DNA of 64,000 nucleotides from Macrostomum lignano (Eukaryota): NCBI GenBank assembly GCA_002269645.1, contig NIVC01001363.1, positions 241,707 to 305,706 of the forward strand, read 5' to 3'. Shown piece by piece: positions 62,708 to 64,000 of this stretch (position 1 is its first letter; each line of letters starts with the position of its first letter). The notes under the pieces were generated by a model. It saw only the letters and a program-made list of their open reading frames with translations, ran no database searches and was not told where the DNA came from. The position numbers and the translations under genes were made by a program.

Positions 62708-63313
62708 TCAGCTGGTTTGAATTCGCCGGTTCGCTGAAAGCGCTGCTGCTCCCGCCGCCGTCGCCGCTGCCGTCCCCGCCGAGTCGGTGAGCTGGCGGCA
62801 GCGCTGCCTGAGTGCCGTCACCTGCTCGCGCAGGCTGGCGATGGTCGCCTCCAGCTGCTGCTGCAGCTGCGCCGGCAGGAGGCCTGCAGCTGGCGCTGGT
62901 GCTCCGCCTCCGTCTCCAGCAGCGCCGCGTTCGCTGGCCAGTTGCGACTCCGCCAGCCGCTCCTCCGCCTGCCGGCGCGCCCGGCGCTCCGCCTCCATCT
63001 GGCGCCGAGCTTCTCCGCCAGCCGGCGCCGGCGCTGCTCGCTGCGCTCCCGTTCTGCGTTGAGCGCCGATTCCGCCGCCTCGGCGCCCGAGGCCAGCGCG
63101 GCTAGGAGGCGGCGCGCCGTTCGGCGCGCATTCGTCGGACTCGGCGCGCGCCTCGGCCAGAGCGGCGCCGGCCTGGTCTGCGCGTCGGCGCCAATCCGCT
63201 TCCAGCTCGGCTAGGCGCGCGTCAGTGGCGCGGAGGGCGCGCTCGGCAGCCTCGGACGCTTCGCGCGACAGACGAACTCGCTCCGCCTCGACCTCGGCGC
63301 GGGCCTCGGACGC
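62708..63313 (-). CDS. Terminal exon of a coiled-coil protein gene entering from the right (Ala/Glu/Arg-rich heptads)
   Basis: ccattccag| acceptor, EARAEVEAERVRLSREASEAAERALR...LEATIASLREQVTALRQRCRQL, TGA at 62708-62710; the middle segment looks frameshifted. Confidence 0.6.
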   Translation of the reverse strand, partial: ASEARAEVEAERVRLSREASEAAERALRATDARLAELEADWRRRADQAGAALAEARAESDECAPNGAPPPSRAGLGRRGGGIGAQRRTGAQRAAPAPAGGEARRQMEAERRARRQAEERLAESQLASERGAAGDGGGAPAPAAGLLPAQLQQQLEATIASLREQVTALRQRCRQLTDSAGTAAATAAGAAALSANRRIQTS

Positions 63314-64000
63314 CTGGAATGGGGCATGTGGCAAGGACGTTTAGTCCTCTTCCTGCCTAACCAGAATCCATAATTTGTCTGTTCCCGACTGCTTGGTAAG
63401 CAGTGCTTACCATAGATATTTTCTGGCATAGCATGTCACTTCCATTCCTGCCGGCTAGGCTTACTGATCCAGCTTGGCTCAAACTGACACGCTAGACAGG
63501 AAGGAAATGAACAGCACTACTGCTTTAGCCAATAAAACAGTTTCACTTGCTGCCTGCTTGGTATGCGCTGCTTACCATAGAAATCTGTGCTCATACAGCA
63601 AGTCCCCTTTGTAGTAAAACTAGCTTTCTTACAGTAAAACTCTTACCATCTTGTTTGTTAGCCTTTTCTCGCTAAATTTGACACAGTATTTACTCACTGA
63701 TATCCTAAAGTACATGGCTTCTGCCTCTGAGATCGACTACCTGACCTCTGACAGTGAAGCAAGCCTCGACTCCTACTTAACAATAGACGAGGAGCCTGGC
63801 GAGGAGGTTGGCGAGAAGCACTGGATGGCAATCCTCCAACCATAGAAGGGCCTGACGGCGAGAAGAACAGGAGTTTGCAGATGGCGATGCTGCTGAAGTT
63901 GAGAATGTTTGGCGACTTGTCGAGCCTGGGTCCGATGAAGGGACAGAATTTTTTTGAATTTACCGGAACTGCTGGCCTCAATTGACACCTGGTTTACATC

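Overview
Eukaryotic (animal) genomic DNA with AT-rich introns, GC-rich exons, GT-AG splicing and many micro/minisatellites. The texture resembles flatworm (Macrostomum-like) assemblies, but this is an unverified inference. 1-1.6 kb: the last three exons of an unknown + strand gene between two tandem repeats. 4-23 kb: a tandemly duplicated cassette carrying small stand-alone Tox-ART-HYD1-type ADP-ribosyltransferase genes (two intact, one decapitated by a microhomology deletion, one orphan promoter). One cassette is interrupted by an apparently intact 5.1-kb Ingi/I-group non-LTR retrotransposon with a predicted 5' HDV-like ribozyme, a 2A-like peptide and a single ORF (PHD-PWWP-PHD-PHD-APE-RT-RNase H-Zn knuckle). 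23-28 kb: an HP1-like gene whose chromodomain lacks the aromatic cage, and a 6-exon DHRS4-like peroxisomal SDR. 28-35 kb: a head-to-tail pair of non-autonomous Helitrons. 36-43 kb: a PTB/polyproline gene, another Helitron and a Ser/Thr kinase. 44-61 kb: a 15-exon EML/EMAP-like WD40 gene (- strand) with CORE-type SINEs, a long-TIR MITE and two paralogous 77-aa antimicrobial-peptide-like precursors (one nested in an intron, one just downstream). All assignments were made by eye from motifs; no database searches were run.
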